This document shows, piece after piece, positions 39,063 to 49,827 of a stretch of DNA of 64,000 nt. Within the stretch, counting starts at the first letter, position 1. Each line of letters starts with the position of its first letter. The notes below the pieces were generated by a model, which was not told the DNA's origin, made no database searches, and saw only the letters and a list, made by a program, of their open reading frames with translations. The DNA comes from Minisyncoccia bacterium (GTDB taxonomy: Bacteria > Patescibacteriota > Minisyncoccia > Phycocordibacterales > UBA9973), in assembly GCA_044229265.1 (NCBI GenBank), contig JBGATK010000006.1:8232-72231 (forward strand), given 5' to 3'. The position numbers were made by a program, and so were the translations under genes.

Positions 39063-39942
39063 AAATATAATAATAATTTGCATTTCAGCTGTTTTTTTTA
39101 TTTTATTTCTAAATTATTCTCGTAATTTAATACGAGAAGAAAAAATTAGAAAAGAGGAATCTATAAAAATTCAAAAATTAGAAAATACAAAAAAAATACT
39201 AAATAGTTTAGCACTTGAAGCAAAAGCTGTATCTGTTTACGATGCCACTTCAGCTAATTTTATTTACGGTAGAAATGAGAATCAGGTTTTACCCATAGCT
39301 TCACTTGCAAAAATTGCTACAGCGATGATTGTATTGGAAGATACATCTTTAAACGAGGTAGAGATTAGGGAGCAAGATCTAAAACAATTTGGAGATAACA
39401 CTTTAAAACTTGGTGAGAAATGGCAAAAAAGAGAACTATTGTCGTACGGATTAATATCATCTTCTAATGATGCAATTCACGCCCTCGGATCTGGTGAAGA
39501 ATTTGTAAAAAAATTAAATATTTATGTAAAAAGTATTAATTTAAAAAATACATATTTTCGAAATTCTACCGGGCTCGATATGTGGGGACAAGAACAAGTA
39601 GGTGCAGAAAGCACCGCAAAAGAGATTAATCTTTTGGCTACTCGTGCATGGAAAATTTATCCGGATATATTTTCAAAAACAACATACACTTCGGCTGTTT
39701 TTGAATCAATTTCAGGTTCAAAATATGAAGCAATAAACACAAACTTGATTTTATCATCTATTCCTAATATGGTTTTTTCAAAAACTGGCTACACTACAAT
39801 CAGTGGTGGTAGTTTGGTAATCATATTTAAAAATCAAGACCAGCATTATATAGCTGTATCCATATTAGGTTCAACTCGCGAGGGTAGATTTGTAGATATG
39901 CAAAAAATTGTAAATGTATTGTATAATGAAAATTATGAGTAA
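39043..39942 (+). CDS. D-alanyl-D-alanine carboxypeptidase (S11)
   Basis: SLAK, SSN and KTG motifs; N-terminal TM. Confidence 0.88.
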   Translation: MNLLKYKNIIIICISAVFFILFLNYSRNLIREEKIRKEESIKIQKLENTKKILNSLALEAKAVSVYDATSANFIYGRNENQVLPIASLAKIATAMIVLEDTSLNEVEIREQDLKQFGDNTLKLGEKWQKRELLSYGLISSSNDAIHALGSGEEFVKKLNIYVKSINLKNTYFRNSTGLDMWGQEQVGAESTAKEINLLATRAWKIYPDIFSKTTYTSAVFESISGSKYEAINTNLILSSIPNMVFSKTGYTTISGGSLVIIFKNQDQHYIAVSILGSTREGRFVDMQKIVNVLYNENYE

Positions 39943-40408
39943 TACAAATACAAATATAAAAAATATTTTTGTTTTTATATTCGTTTTTATATTTATATTT
40001 TATCCGCAAATTTCTTTAGCTGAAAATTCTACAGATAAAGACAAAGGTACCGTCTCAATAGAAAAAGCCACTAATTCTATTTTTAATAAAATTCCAAAAA
40101 ACTTCTATAAACCTTTTCACTCGGGCATAGAATGGGTAGAAAACCATCGCAAAAATTTAAATATATATGGAGAAAAAGAAATTTCAAAAATAAAAAATTT
40201 AGCCAATGATCAAAACAATAATATTCATAAAGAAACTACAACCTTTAATAATAATTCTCTAGGAGATTCCAAAGAAGTGTTTAAACAAGTAAAATACTAT
40301 ATATTTTTTATACTGGTATTTATAGCTTCGCATCAATTGTTATTTTGGTCTATACTTTTTTTAATATTTTTTGCTCTAGTCCGCAGTATTTTACGAATAG
40401 TATTTTAA
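39935..40408 (+). CDS. hypothetical membrane-anchored protein
   Basis: Signal-like N-terminus and hydrophobic C-terminus; start after TATAAT-7 nt. Confidence 0.6.
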   Translation: MSNTNTNIKNIFVFIFVFIFIFYPQISLAENSTDKDKGTVSIEKATNSIFNKIPKNFYKPFHSGIEWVENHRKNLNIYGEKEISKIKNLANDQNNNIHKETTTFNNNSLGDSKEVFKQVKYYIFFILVFIASHQLLFWSILFLIFFALVRSILRIVF

Positions 40409-40443
40409 TTTGTTTTTTGCCAAATAGAGTGTAGAATAGCTTT

Positions 40444-40719
40444 ATGTGGCAAAGAATAATCTTTACAGTATTACTTATATTAGCAGTTATCTTTTTACCA
40501 TTTTGGGTTTATTTTTTATTTGCTTTATTTGGTATTTTTTATTTTAAATTTTATTTAGAAGCTTTTTTTATTTTCCTCGTTAGTGACTTATTATATGGAG
40601 TAAATATAGACAAAACTTTTAATATAACATTTTTTCAAAGCCTAATTATATTTATAATGTTATTACTTGCAGAATTTATTAAGGAAAACTCAAAGTTTTA
40701 TAAAAAAGAAAATGATTAG
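40444..40719 (+). CDS. small integral membrane protein upstream of PBP2 (possibly MreD-like)
   Basis: Highly hydrophobic, SDLLYG motif, overlaps the PBP2 start. Confidence 0.55.
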   Translation: MWQRIIFTVLLILAVIFLPFWVYFLFALFGIFYFKFYLEAFFIFLVSDLLYGVNIDKTFNITFFQSLIIFIMLLLAEFIKENSKFYKKEND

Positions 40720-42457
40720 AAGAATTCTTATTCGTCAAAAACTGCGTCGTGCAAATGTTTTCGTTGAACCTGACGAAATTTTTTTAGATTCAAAAAATTT
40801 AGCGAATTTCGATAGTCAACAATTTGAAGGGCGTATAGAGAAGCCGATAACACGTAGTGCCATATATTTCTTAGGCGGATTTTTTATTTTACTTTCACTA
40901 ATTTTTATCTCTAGATTAATTTATTTACAGATTGTAAAAGGAGAAGTGTATTTTAAACGCAGTGAATCCAACAAATTAGAAAAGGTAATAATTTTTGCCG
41001 ATAGGGGTATTATCTATGATAGAAATAAATTTGAATTGGCTTGGAATACAGAAATAGAGACTGAAACAGAAATTTCTCTTATTGAAAAAGACAAATCAGA
41101 TAAAGCTTTAAAAACAATGAAAAGATCCTATCTTTCTCCTGGATTTTCGCATATTTTGGGTTATGTTTCTTCTCCTGCTCAAGATAAAAAAGGTAAATAT
41201 TGGCAAACAGATTTTGTAGGTAAAGATGGATTAGAAAAAATTTATAGTGATCGTCTAAAAGGTGAGAATGGTGCCAAAGTAATCGAAGTAGATGCACTGG
41301 GTAGAGTTCATAGTGAAAATATAATAAATACTCCAAAACGTGGAGCAGAACTTATCACAACCTTAGATTCTCGTCTTCAGAAAGAAGTTTATTCGGAAAT
41401 AAAAACTTTAGCAGATACTTATGGATTTAAAGGTGGGGCAGGAGTAATGATGGATGTTACAAATGGCGAAGTAATTTTCTCAACTAGTTTTCCAGAGTAT
41501 GATGGAGAAGTTTTGTCAGCAGGACAAGATCAAGAAAAAATCAGTGCTTATTTTACTGATAAACGAAAAGTTTTCTTGGATCGCGCTATTTCAGGACTTT
41601 ATACACCAGGTTCTATAGTAAAGCCATTTTTAGCATTAGCTGCTTTAAATGAAGAAATAATTAGTCCGCAAAAAGAAATACTTTCTACAGGTTCTATTTC
41701 TGTGCCTAATCCTTTTAATAAAGGAGAAAAGACTGTATTTAAAGACTGGAAAGCTCATGGTTTTACTGACATGGAGAGAGCGATAGCCGTTTCTTCTGAC
41801 GTTTATTTTTATACAATTGGTGGAGGTTTTGGTGGACAAAAAGGGCTAGGTATTTCAAATATTGAAAAATACACTAGAGCTTTTGGTATTGGTGAAAAAA
41901 CAGGGGTGGATTTACCGGATGAAATTAGTGGAGTTATTCCTAATCCAGAATGGAAAATAAAAAATTTCAAAGGCGATATTTGGCGTATTGGAGATACATA
42001 CCATACTGCTATTGGGCAATATGGTTTTCAAGTGACTCCTATGGAGATGGTCAGGGCCACAGCTGCTATAGCAAACAGAGGAACACTTCTTACTCCGCAT
42101 TTTATTTTAGGTGATAAAGAAAAAGAATTACAAACAAAAAAAGTGCCAATAGAATTTAAAGAAAAAGATTATGATGTTATTCACAGAGGTATGCGCAAAA
42201 CGGTTACTGAAGGCATAGCGAGTAATATGAATATAAAAGATACTGAAATTTCAGCAAAAACAGGTACAGCTCAACTAGGTGTAGCTAGAGACAGGGTGAA
42301 TTCTTGGGTTATAGGATTTTTTCCGTCTGATAAACCAAAATACGCTTTTGCTATGATGATGGAATCAGGCCCTTCCACAAATGGTGTAGGAGCGTCATTT
42401 ATGATGCGTCAAGTCTTAAATTATATGTCTGTAAATACGCCAGAATATTTTAAATAG
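40712..42457 (+). CDS. mrdA: class B penicillin-binding protein 2
   Basis: RGIIYDRN, GKDGLEK, PGSIVKP, SSD, KTGTAQ. Confidence 0.9.
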   Translation: MIRRILIRQKLRRANVFVEPDEIFLDSKNLANFDSQQFEGRIEKPITRSAIYFLGGFFILLSLIFISRLIYLQIVKGEVYFKRSESNKLEKVIIFADRGIIYDRNKFELAWNTEIETETEISLIEKDKSDKALKTMKRSYLSPGFSHILGYVSSPAQDKKGKYWQTDFVGKDGLEKIYSDRLKGENGAKVIEVDALGRVHSENIINTPKRGAELITTLDSRLQKEVYSEIKTLADTYGFKGGAGVMMDVTNGEVIFSTSFPEYDGEVLSAGQDQEKISAYFTDKRKVFLDRAISGLYTPGSIVKPFLALAALNEEIISPQKEILSTGSISVPNPFNKGEKTVFKDWKAHGFTDMERAIAVSSDVYFYTIGGGFGGQKGLGISNIEKYTRAFGIGEKTGVDLPDEISGVIPNPEWKIKNFKGDIWRIGDTYHTAIGQYGFQVTPMEMVRATAAIANRGTLLTPHFILGDKEKELQTKKVPIEFKEKDYDVIHRGMRKTVTEGIASNMNIKDTEISAKTGTAQLGVARDRVNSWVIGFFPSDKPKYAFAMMMESGPSTNGVGASFMMRQVLNYMSVNTPEYFK

Positions 42458-42529
42458 TCAAATTTGATTTTTTATATAAAAATGATATTGTGTAAATATT
42501 AACACATTAATAAATTTTACTATTTTTAT

Positions 42530-45301
42530 ATGAAGAAAATAATTTTAGGTTTAGGTCTTTTTGTTTTTGGTTTATTTTTTATAACTAACTCAGTCTTTGC
42601 TGCAAGTGTAGGTCCCAATAATCCAAGCTCAGGTGTTAATACCACTGGATTTGGTTCAACTGCTTGGTCTAACTCAAGTAATATAACTTCAGTAGGTTCT
42701 CCTTATGCTACTGTTACATTAACTCCTGGATCAAGTTCAAATTACTTAAAGGCAACTAGCTACGGATTTAATATACCTTTGTCGGCAACAATTGATGGTA
42801 TTGAAGTTAAAATTGATAGAAAAGGAGAACAAAATTTAGGTTTTGGTTTTAGAGATGATGTATTAAAATTAGTTAAAGGAGGAGTTATTAGTGGTGACGA
42901 TAAGAGTTCTTCTAATACATACCCTACAACACTTTCAACAAAAACTTATGGTGCAAATAATGATAAGTGGGGTTTATCTTGGACTGCAGCAGATATTAAT
43001 GCAAGTAATTTCGGTGTAGTGTTGTCAACAAAAAGTAATTTAATTATTTCTACTTTGACAGCTTCAGTTAACTCTATTCAAGTTATTGTGCACTACACTA
43101 TAACTACTGGCGATTTACAAATCACAAAAACAGCAATTGGAGGCAATAGCACCTTTAGTTTTACTGGCGGCGCTGGAAGTTTTAATATTTCAACTACAGC
43201 TGGCACAGGAAATACTACTCGCACAAATTTAACTCCTGGCACTTATTCTGTAACTGAAACAGCACAATCTGGTTGGGATATGAATTCCAATACTTGTACT
43301 GACGTAGTAATTACTGCAGGCAATACAAGTAATTGTACTATTACGAATACAAAACGAGGTTCTATTACAGTATACAAAGATGTAAAAAATCCAGATGAAG
43401 GTGCCGTAGTAGATGGCCATTGGTTTGGCATAAAATTAAATGATGCAAACCCACAAAATATTTCTGAATTTAATTCTTATACTTATACAAATTTAGTCCC
43501 TGGCACATATACTATCACTGAAGACGTAGATCCTGATTATGATTTTATGACTTTTTCAGCTGACAATGATCCTGAAAATTCTGGTGCGCAAATTACAGTT
43601 TCAGCTGGTGCAAATACAAACCTAACTATTGTAAATAAACAAAAAAAGGGAAGTATCATCGTAAATAAAACCGTTACCAATCCAAATGGTGGGAAAGCTG
43701 TAGCTGGTAATTTCTACTTCTCATTAAACGGTGGTGAGGCAATACAATTTATTCAAGATGAAATGAATTCATTATTCGGTTCATTTACTCTTCCTTCTGT
43801 AAACCCTGGCGCATTTTCTATCGCTGAAGTTATGATTCCATCTGGAAATTACGCTATCTCATATTCTGGAAATTGTAGTGGACTGCTAGAAAGTAATGGT
43901 TCTAAAACTTGCAATATTACAAATAGTGATATTCCAGAAGGCAAAGGTGCTATTACTGTAGTAAAAAATGTAATCAATGATGATGGAGGAATGATGGTAG
44001 CTAGTGATTTTCCTTTATATATTAATCCTACAGAAGGTGAAGGAATGATGGCAGAAAATGGCGTATCTTATTTCCTAGATCCAGGCACATACAACGTAAG
44101 TGAAATGATGAGTGAATCTTTAGCTTCAAAATACATGCAAACTTCACTTGTTTGTATAAATGGCAAAACAGAAACTTCTGGACAAGTAGTTTTATCTGCG
44201 CAAGCTTCATGGGTTTGTACTATTACAAATAACGATAAGCCTGCAAATTTAACTATAGTAAAAAATGTTGTAAACGATGCTTGGAATGCTACTACACATG
44301 ATGGTACTTTCACTATAAATATTTCAGGTATGAAAGAAGGCTTAATGCTCACTACTACTGAAAGCACTGCACAAACTACAATCGAAATGAATAAAGGCTC
44401 TTATGCTTTGTCTGAACCAATTTCAAATGATTGGTATATCGAATCTATTTCTTGCGGAGAAAATTATTATTCAGAAGAAGAAATTCTTTCTGGAACTCAA
44501 ATTACTTTAGAAAATGGCCAGAACATGACTTGCACTTTTGTAAATAAAAGAAAAACAGGAACTTTAATTGTAAATAAAACTGTATCAAATGATGATGGTA
44601 AAACTCTGACCTTGAACGATTTCCCTGGCTTCACAGTAGCTGGCAGTGAACCTGTTCCTTTCGAAGCAAATGAAGAACAAGAAGGTCCTATTATGGCTGG
44701 TTCAAAAACTTTGACCTTAGAACTAGGAACTTACACAATTTCAGAACCTATCACAGAAGGATACTTTAAAGTTCCAGAAAATTGTGATCCGGTTTACATT
44801 ACTTGGAATCAAACATCTACATGTTCTTTCCGAAATGAAGACATAGGATTCTATATTCACTCTGGTGGAGGTGAAGGTGGTGGCGGTTCTGTAGCAGGTG
44901 CATTTACTGAAAATACAGAAAATACAAATACAACTCCCGCTGAAACACCAAAAGAAGAAATAAAAGGTGAGGTTTTAGGTGCGACTTCTTGCAATACAAA
45001 ATACTTAGAGAATTTCTTATTCTTTGGTAAAAAGAATCCAAAACTGGATGTAGAAAAATTACAAGTATTTCTAAATGATGATTTAGGCTTAAACTTAAAA
45101 ATCGACGGACATTATGGAATTTCTACTAGAAATGCTGTATCAGCTTTTCAAGAGAAAAATAAAAAAGAAGTTCTTGATCCTTGGATTCCATTTGGAAAGA
45201 AAGATGGAAAGGGTACAGGTAATGTATATAAAACTACACTACGCTGGATAAATATGACCAAATGTCCAGATTTAAATCTGCCAATGCCAGAATTACCTTA
45301 A
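42530..45301 (+). CDS. large secreted surface protein with six CnaB/prealbumin-like repeats and a C-terminal peptidoglycan-binding-like domain
   Basis: Signal peptide; repeated xxxxK...YxxxE...xTxxN units; VEKLQVFLN..DGHYG..TRNAVSAFQ. Confidence 0.8.
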   Translation: MKKIILGLGLFVFGLFFITNSVFAASVGPNNPSSGVNTTGFGSTAWSNSSNITSVGSPYATVTLTPGSSSNYLKATSYGFNIPLSATIDGIEVKIDRKGEQNLGFGFRDDVLKLVKGGVISGDDKSSSNTYPTTLSTKTYGANNDKWGLSWTAADINASNFGVVLSTKSNLIISTLTASVNSIQVIVHYTITTGDLQITKTAIGGNSTFSFTGGAGSFNISTTAGTGNTTRTNLTPGTYSVTETAQSGWDMNSNTCTDVVITAGNTSNCTITNTKRGSITVYKDVKNPDEGAVVDGHWFGIKLNDANPQNISEFNSYTYTNLVPGTYTITEDVDPDYDFMTFSADNDPENSGAQITVSAGANTNLTIVNKQKKGSIIVNKTVTNPNGGKAVAGNFYFSLNGGEAIQFIQDEMNSLFGSFTLPSVNPGAFSIAEVMIPSGNYAISYSGNCSGLLESNGSKTCNITNSDIPEGKGAITVVKNVINDDGGMMVASDFPLYINPTEGEGMMAENGVSYFLDPGTYNVSEMMSESLASKYMQTSLVCINGKTETSGQVVLSAQASWVCTITNNDKPANLTIVKNVVNDAWNATTHDGTFTINISGMKEGLMLTTTESTAQTTIEMNKGSYALSEPISNDWYIESISCGENYYSEEEILSGTQITLENGQNMTCTFVNKRKTGTLIVNKTVSNDDGKTLTLNDFPGFTVAGSEPVPFEANEEQEGPIMAGSKTLTLELGTYTISEPITEGYFKVPENCDPVYITWNQTSTCSFRNEDIGFYIHSGGGEGGGGSVAGAFTENTENTNTTPAETPKEEIKGEVLGATSCNTKYLENFLFFGKKNPKLDVEKLQVFLNDDLGLNLKIDGHYGISTRNAVSAFQEKNKKEVLDPWIPFGKKDGKGTGNVYKTTLRWINMTKCPDLNLPMPELP

Positions 45302-45326
45302 ACTAAATTAAAACTTTATTAAGTTG

Positions 45327-45356
45327 CAAAAAACACTGCATTGACGGTGTTTTTTG
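45327..45356. terminator. intrinsic terminator
   Basis: CAAAAAACACTG..CGGTGTTTTTTG. Confidence 0.8.
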
Positions 45357-45375
45357 TTTGTTATATAATAATTTT

Positions 45376-46413
45376 ATGCGAAAAATAGGCACTAAGCTCA
45401 AGAATCATTTCATTCCTCATAAAGGAAATAATCATGAGCCACATTTTCTACGACATAAATCCCTAACTATAATTCTAGTTTTAATTATTGTAATTGAACT
45501 CGGTTTTTTATTTGATATTTTTGTTGTATTTAAAAAAGATTCTTTCTTGGCAAGTGTTTTACCGAGTATTTTAACAACTCTTACTAATCAAGCCCGCAAT
45601 GAAAACGGCCTTAGTGACCTAGCTATAAATGACTTATTAGTAAAATCAGCAAAATTAAAAGCAGAAGATATGGCTCAAAAAAGTTATTTTGCTCATACTT
45701 CTCCTGAGGGAATTACACCATGGTATTGGTTAAACAAAACTGGTTATAAATATAGCTATGCTGGGGAGAATTTGGCAGTCAATTTTTTTGAATCATCCGA
45801 TGTGGCTCGGGCTTGGATGGCTTCACCTACTCACCGTGCAAATATCGTAAGAAAAGAATTTACCGAGATAGGTATAGCTACTGCAAGTGGCATATATCAA
45901 GGCCATGAAGCGGTTTTTGTAGTTCAATTTTTTGGTAAACCAGCAGTAGAAAAAACAAAACCAATTTTAACCACATCTGAAACTAAAATTAAAGAAAATA
46001 AAGTTATTGCTGAAATACCTAAACCTGCACAAATAAATGCCCCTGTAGTCTTGGGTGAAGAAATACAAATAAATCCCATTAAAGAAGAAAAAATTGAACA
46101 GGCAATAGAGCCAGTAAAAAGTATTGAGACAGAGTTAGTCGTAAATACAAGAGACCAATATTCAAATGAGGCATACAAACTAGTTAGTTCACCTAGAAAA
46201 ACAGCAAATAATATTTTTACAGGAATTTTAGCCTTAATTCTTATTGTATTATCTATCTTTATTTTAAAATCTGAAAAGAAGCACCCAGAGGTTGTTTTAC
46301 GATCTTTAGCTATTATTGTCATAATAATAATACTATTAGTACTCAATCAAAAAACACTATATATTGACACAAAGCTTCCTGATAGTTCTACCGCAAACTC
46401 AATTGCATCTTAA
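45376..46413 (+). CDS. CAP/SCP domain membrane protein
   Basis: YFAHTSP, AGENLA, WMASPTHRANI, VQFFG. Confidence 0.9.
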   Translation: MRKIGTKLKNHFIPHKGNNHEPHFLRHKSLTIILVLIIVIELGFLFDIFVVFKKDSFLASVLPSILTTLTNQARNENGLSDLAINDLLVKSAKLKAEDMAQKSYFAHTSPEGITPWYWLNKTGYKYSYAGENLAVNFFESSDVARAWMASPTHRANIVRKEFTEIGIATASGIYQGHEAVFVVQFFGKPAVEKTKPILTTSETKIKENKVIAEIPKPAQINAPVVLGEEIQINPIKEEKIEQAIEPVKSIETELVVNTRDQYSNEAYKLVSSPRKTANNIFTGILALILIVLSIFILKSEKKHPEVVLRSLAIIVIIIILLVLNQKTLYIDTKLPDSSTANSIAS

Positions 46414-46439
46414 TTATTTCTTCTATATAATGTATTCAC

Positions 46440-46661
46440 ATGTTGCAAGCTAGAATACTTTTTACGATAGGTTTATGGGTGGCGATATTGCCATTTTTAG
46501 GTTTTCCAAAAAACATAAAAAATATTTTATTCATCCTTACTGGATTATTTATCATATACATAGGACTTGTAGTTTATAAAAAAATTAAACTTTCCAAAGA
46601 ATCCACAAAGAAAAATTCTTCTGAAACTTTCATGGAAAATCGTGATTTTATAGAAAAATAA
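46440..46661 (+). CDS. small 2-TM hypothetical protein
   Basis: GLWVAILPFLGFP; preceded by TATAAT-8 nt. Confidence 0.7.
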   Translation: MLQARILFTIGLWVAILPFLGFPKNIKNILFILTGLFIIYIGLVVYKKIKLSKESTKKNSSETFMENRDFIEK

Positions 46662-47894
46662 ATGGAAATAGAAAATAAAAACAAATTTAAATACGCATCA
46701 TCTATACTTCTAGTCGGGGTTATTTTTTTTGGTTTAGGATACTATCTTGGTTTAGCCAAAGAAACAGAATTATCTAAAATAAATACTTTAACTAATACTA
46801 CAAATACAGAGCTGACTACTACTGATTTTTCTCCATTTTGGAAAACCTGGAATCTGATAAATGAAAAACATCCGAATGCAAGTAAGGTAAATGACGAGGA
46901 CAGACTCTATGGTGCCATTGCTGGCCTTGTGCAATCTTTAGATGACCCTTATAGTGTATTTTTTGACCCACAAGAAACTAAGTCTTTTGAGGAAGATATA
47001 GCTGGTAATTTCTCTGGAGTAGGTATGGAAGTTGGTATAAAAGACAAAATTTTGACTGTAATTTCACCTCTTAAAAATACACCGGCTTATCGAGCTGGCA
47101 TGAAAGCTGGAGACAAAATACTAAAAATTGACGATAAAATTACCTCAGATATGAAAATAGATGAGGCTATTAAAAGAATAAGAGGCGAGAAGGGAACTAC
47201 TGTTACTTTATCAATATTTAGAGAAGGAGAAAAAGAGGCGAGGGAAATAAAAATCGTCCGAGATATTATTGATATCCCTACTCTAGAAACAGAGATTTTG
47301 CCTGATGGAATTTTTGTAATTAGATTATTTACATTTTCGGCAAATTCTACAGATTTATTCCGTAATGCAATTATAGAATTTGAACAATCGAAGGCAGATA
47401 AACTTATCTTTGATTTGCGTGGTAATCCTGGTGGATACTTGGAAGCCGCTAACGAGATGGCTAGTTATTTCTTACCGAAAGGAAAAACTGTCGTAATCGA
47501 AGACTATGGTGGAAATAAAGAACAAGAAGTTTATCGAAGTCTAGGATATGATGTATTTAACGATACTTTAAAATTTGTAGTATTGATTGATCACGGCTCA
47601 GCATCAGCTTCAGAAATATTTGCTGGTGCTATGCAAGATTATAAAAAAGCACTTTTAGTAGGTGAGCAAAGTTATGGTAAAGGTAGTGTTCAAGAAGTAG
47701 TAAATGTAACCAAAGACACTATTTTAAAAGTAACAGTAGCAAAATGGCTAACTCCAAATGGCACTTCTATTTCAGACAAAGGCTTAACTCCTGATGTGGA
47801 AGTAGAATTTACGAATAAAGACGTAGAAAATAAAAATGATCCGCAAATGAAAAAAGCTATTGAGCTTTTAAAAAACTGGAAACCAATAAAATAA
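46662..47894 (+). CDS. S41 C-terminal processing protease with PDZ domain
   Basis: DPYS, DLRGNPGG, SASASEI, GKGSVQ. Confidence 0.93.
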   Translation: MEIENKNKFKYASSILLVGVIFFGLGYYLGLAKETELSKINTLTNTTNTELTTTDFSPFWKTWNLINEKHPNASKVNDEDRLYGAIAGLVQSLDDPYSVFFDPQETKSFEEDIAGNFSGVGMEVGIKDKILTVISPLKNTPAYRAGMKAGDKILKIDDKITSDMKIDEAIKRIRGEKGTTVTLSIFREGEKEAREIKIVRDIIDIPTLETEILPDGIFVIRLFTFSANSTDLFRNAIIEFEQSKADKLIFDLRGNPGGYLEAANEMASYFLPKGKTVVIEDYGGNKEQEVYRSLGYDVFNDTLKFVVLIDHGSASASEIFAGAMQDYKKALLVGEQSYGKGSVQEVVNVTKDTILKVTVAKWLTPNGTSISDKGLTPDVEVEFTNKDVENKNDPQMKKAIELLKNWKPIK

Positions 47895-47922
47895 TTAAAA
47901 GTTTAATAAATTTAAAAAGAGC

Positions 47923-48366
47923 ATGAAAGTAATATTCTTAAAAGATGTACCACGAGTCGGCAATAAAAATGAAATCAAAGAAGTAAATGACGGTTATGCT
48001 AGTAATTTTCTCTTACCCAAAGGACTAGCAAAAATAGCTACAGGTAATGCAATAAAAGAACACGAAATAAAAATGCAGGAAATTTTAGTTGAGCGTAAGG
48101 TTCAAAAAAATTTATTAGAAAAAAGTTTAGAAGAAATTAAACAAAAAACTATCACGCTTTATGGTAAGGCAAATGAAAAAGGCCATCTATTCCAAGCTAT
48201 CCATAAAAAAGAGATTATAGATGCTCTTTTCAAAGAACATCGTGCTCAAATTTCTGAAGAATTTATAATTCTAGAAAAACCTATCAAAGAAGTAGGGGAG
48301 TTTCAAATTCCTATAAAAATAGGCTCTCAAAGCTCGTATTTTACCCTCAAAATAGAGGCAAAATAA
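47923..48366 (+). CDS. rplI: 50S ribosomal protein L9
   Basis: [22 protein letters not shown]. Confidence 0.96.
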   Translation: MKVIFLKDVPRVGNKNEIKEVNDGYASNFLLPKGLAKIATGNAIKEHEIKMQEILVERKVQKNLLEKSLEEIKQKTITLYGKANEKGHLFQAIHKKEIIDALFKEHRAQISEEFIILEKPIKEVGEFQIPIKIGSQSSYFTLKIEAK

Positions 48367-48368
48367 GT

Positions 48369-48399
48369 AAAAACACTAGGCAAAAGACCTAGTGTTTTT
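48369..48399. terminator. intrinsic terminator
   Basis: AAAAACACTAGG..CCTAGTGTTTTT. Confidence 0.85.
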
Positions 48400-48458
48400 G
48401 TATTTGCTCCTTTCTGAAATATTTGCTTTAATAAAGGTAAATAAAAATCTTTGAAATT

Positions 48459-48947
48459 ATGCATAAAAATCTAATTAATAAAGTCTTAGAACTTGAATTT
48501 TTTTTATACAAGGATTTGCCGGGACCTAAACATCATAGATTACAAAAAGCCCACAAGGGAGAGACCTCAAAAGAAAATATCTCTTACGTAGATCCTGTAG
48601 ATCATAAAAGCTGGACACATTTAACCGGGGATGCCAACCCAGTGCAAATCAAAAATTTATTGAATAAGGATTGTAAAACTTTTAGAAGCGCAGAAATGCG
48701 TAATAAAAAAATTGTAATAAAGTACAGATCCCCTGAAGACAAGGAGAAGGTACTCAATTTGAAAAATAAAAATAGTTTTTTGCCTATGAATTTAAGGCGT
48801 AAAATTGTTTTTGAGAAATTCATTGGCAGAAAAAGCATATCTAAATTTTTAGATATAGTTAACCTCAAATATTTTTGTCCCGAATGCAAATTAATTTTAG
48901 TAGAAGATCAAAACTCCTCAAATACAAAACACAAAAATATAAAATAA
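48459..48947 (+). CDS. hypothetical basic protein
   Basis: ORF, single CPEC, no recognised family. Confidence 0.55.
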   Translation: MHKNLINKVLELEFFLYKDLPGPKHHRLQKAHKGETSKENISYVDPVDHKSWTHLTGDANPVQIKNLLNKDCKTFRSAEMRNKKIVIKYRSPEDKEKVLNLKNKNSFLPMNLRRKIVFEKFIGRKSISKFLDIVNLKYFCPECKLILVEDQNSSNTKHKNIK

Positions 48948-48948
48948 T

Positions 48949-49440
48949 ATGGAAACTTACACTGAAATTTTTGTGATAAAAGAAAAAGATCACAACTTAA
49001 GGGGTAACTTTAGTTTAATTCTTTACTTGGGAGAAAGGGAAATACGTAGAAAAGAATTTACCTTCTTCACTAAAATTTTGCTCGAAGAACAAAAAGTAGA
49101 ATTCCATATCAGGTATAAAAATCTGACAGAAGATTTTATTTTTTGTAAAACTCCTTACAACTCTGATGGTGTAGTAGATACATCTAATTACTCTAAAAAT
49201 CAATTAGTTGTTTTAACTACATTTTTCCCAACTATTAGTTTTGCAATCAAAGCACTAGATGAAGAGGAAAAAAATAGAACTACTAATTTTGATTCTACGA
49301 TTTCTAATTCAACTTTCATGAGTAGAAAGCTAGAGAATCATGCTAAGTATGTATTTTCTGAAGATGCATTAGTTAGTGATTTTGAAAGGTTAGTATTCAA
49401 TTTACCCGACGATATGATAAATCAAATTAGATTACTTTGA
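48949..49440 (+). CDS. hypothetical protein
   Basis: ORF starting 1 nt after the previous stop. Confidence 0.6.
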   Translation: METYTEIFVIKEKDHNLRGNFSLILYLGEREIRRKEFTFFTKILLEEQKVEFHIRYKNLTEDFIFCKTPYNSDGVVDTSNYSKNQLVVLTTFFPTISFAIKALDEEEKNRTTNFDSTISNSTFMSRKLENHAKYVFSEDALVSDFERLVFNLPDDMINQIRLL

Positions 49441-49455
49441 TATTATTTTCAAAGT

Positions 49456-49487
49456 AAAATCCCCTCTGGTTAAAGAGGGGATTTTTT
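49456..49487. terminator. bidirectional terminator
   Basis: AAAATCCCCTCT..AGAGGGGATTTT. Confidence 0.85.
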
Positions 49488-49496
49488 ATTTGTCTT

Positions 49497-49769
49497 TTAT
49501 TTTACGTTAGCAGTTTTCTTTATTACTGTTTTGCCGTTAAATGAAGTTTTGCGTTTAGTGCCAAATGATACTATACCTGGTTTAAGGGCAAATAAAGTAT
49601 GATCTTTACCTAAGCCTACATTTACTCCTGGCATAATACGAGTTCCGCGTTGGCGCACTATTACAGAGCCAGCTTGTGCTTTTTCTCCAGCATAAAGTTT
49701 AGTACCTAGATACTTTGGATTCGAATCTCTTAAGTTTTTGGCGGTTCCGCCGGCTTTCCTATGTGCCAT
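49497..49769 (-). CDS. rpmA: 50S ribosomal protein L27
   Basis: [24 protein letters not shown]. Confidence 0.97.
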   Translation of the reverse strand: MAHRKAGGTAKNLRDSNPKYLGTKLYAGEKAQAGSVIVRQRGTRIMPGVNVGLGKDHTLFALKPGIVSFGTKRKTSFNGKTVIKKTANVK

Positions 49770-49827
49770 ATTGTTATTATGTTAAATATAATGTTAAAAT
49801 TTACGTATAAAGAGTATAGCTTACTTT

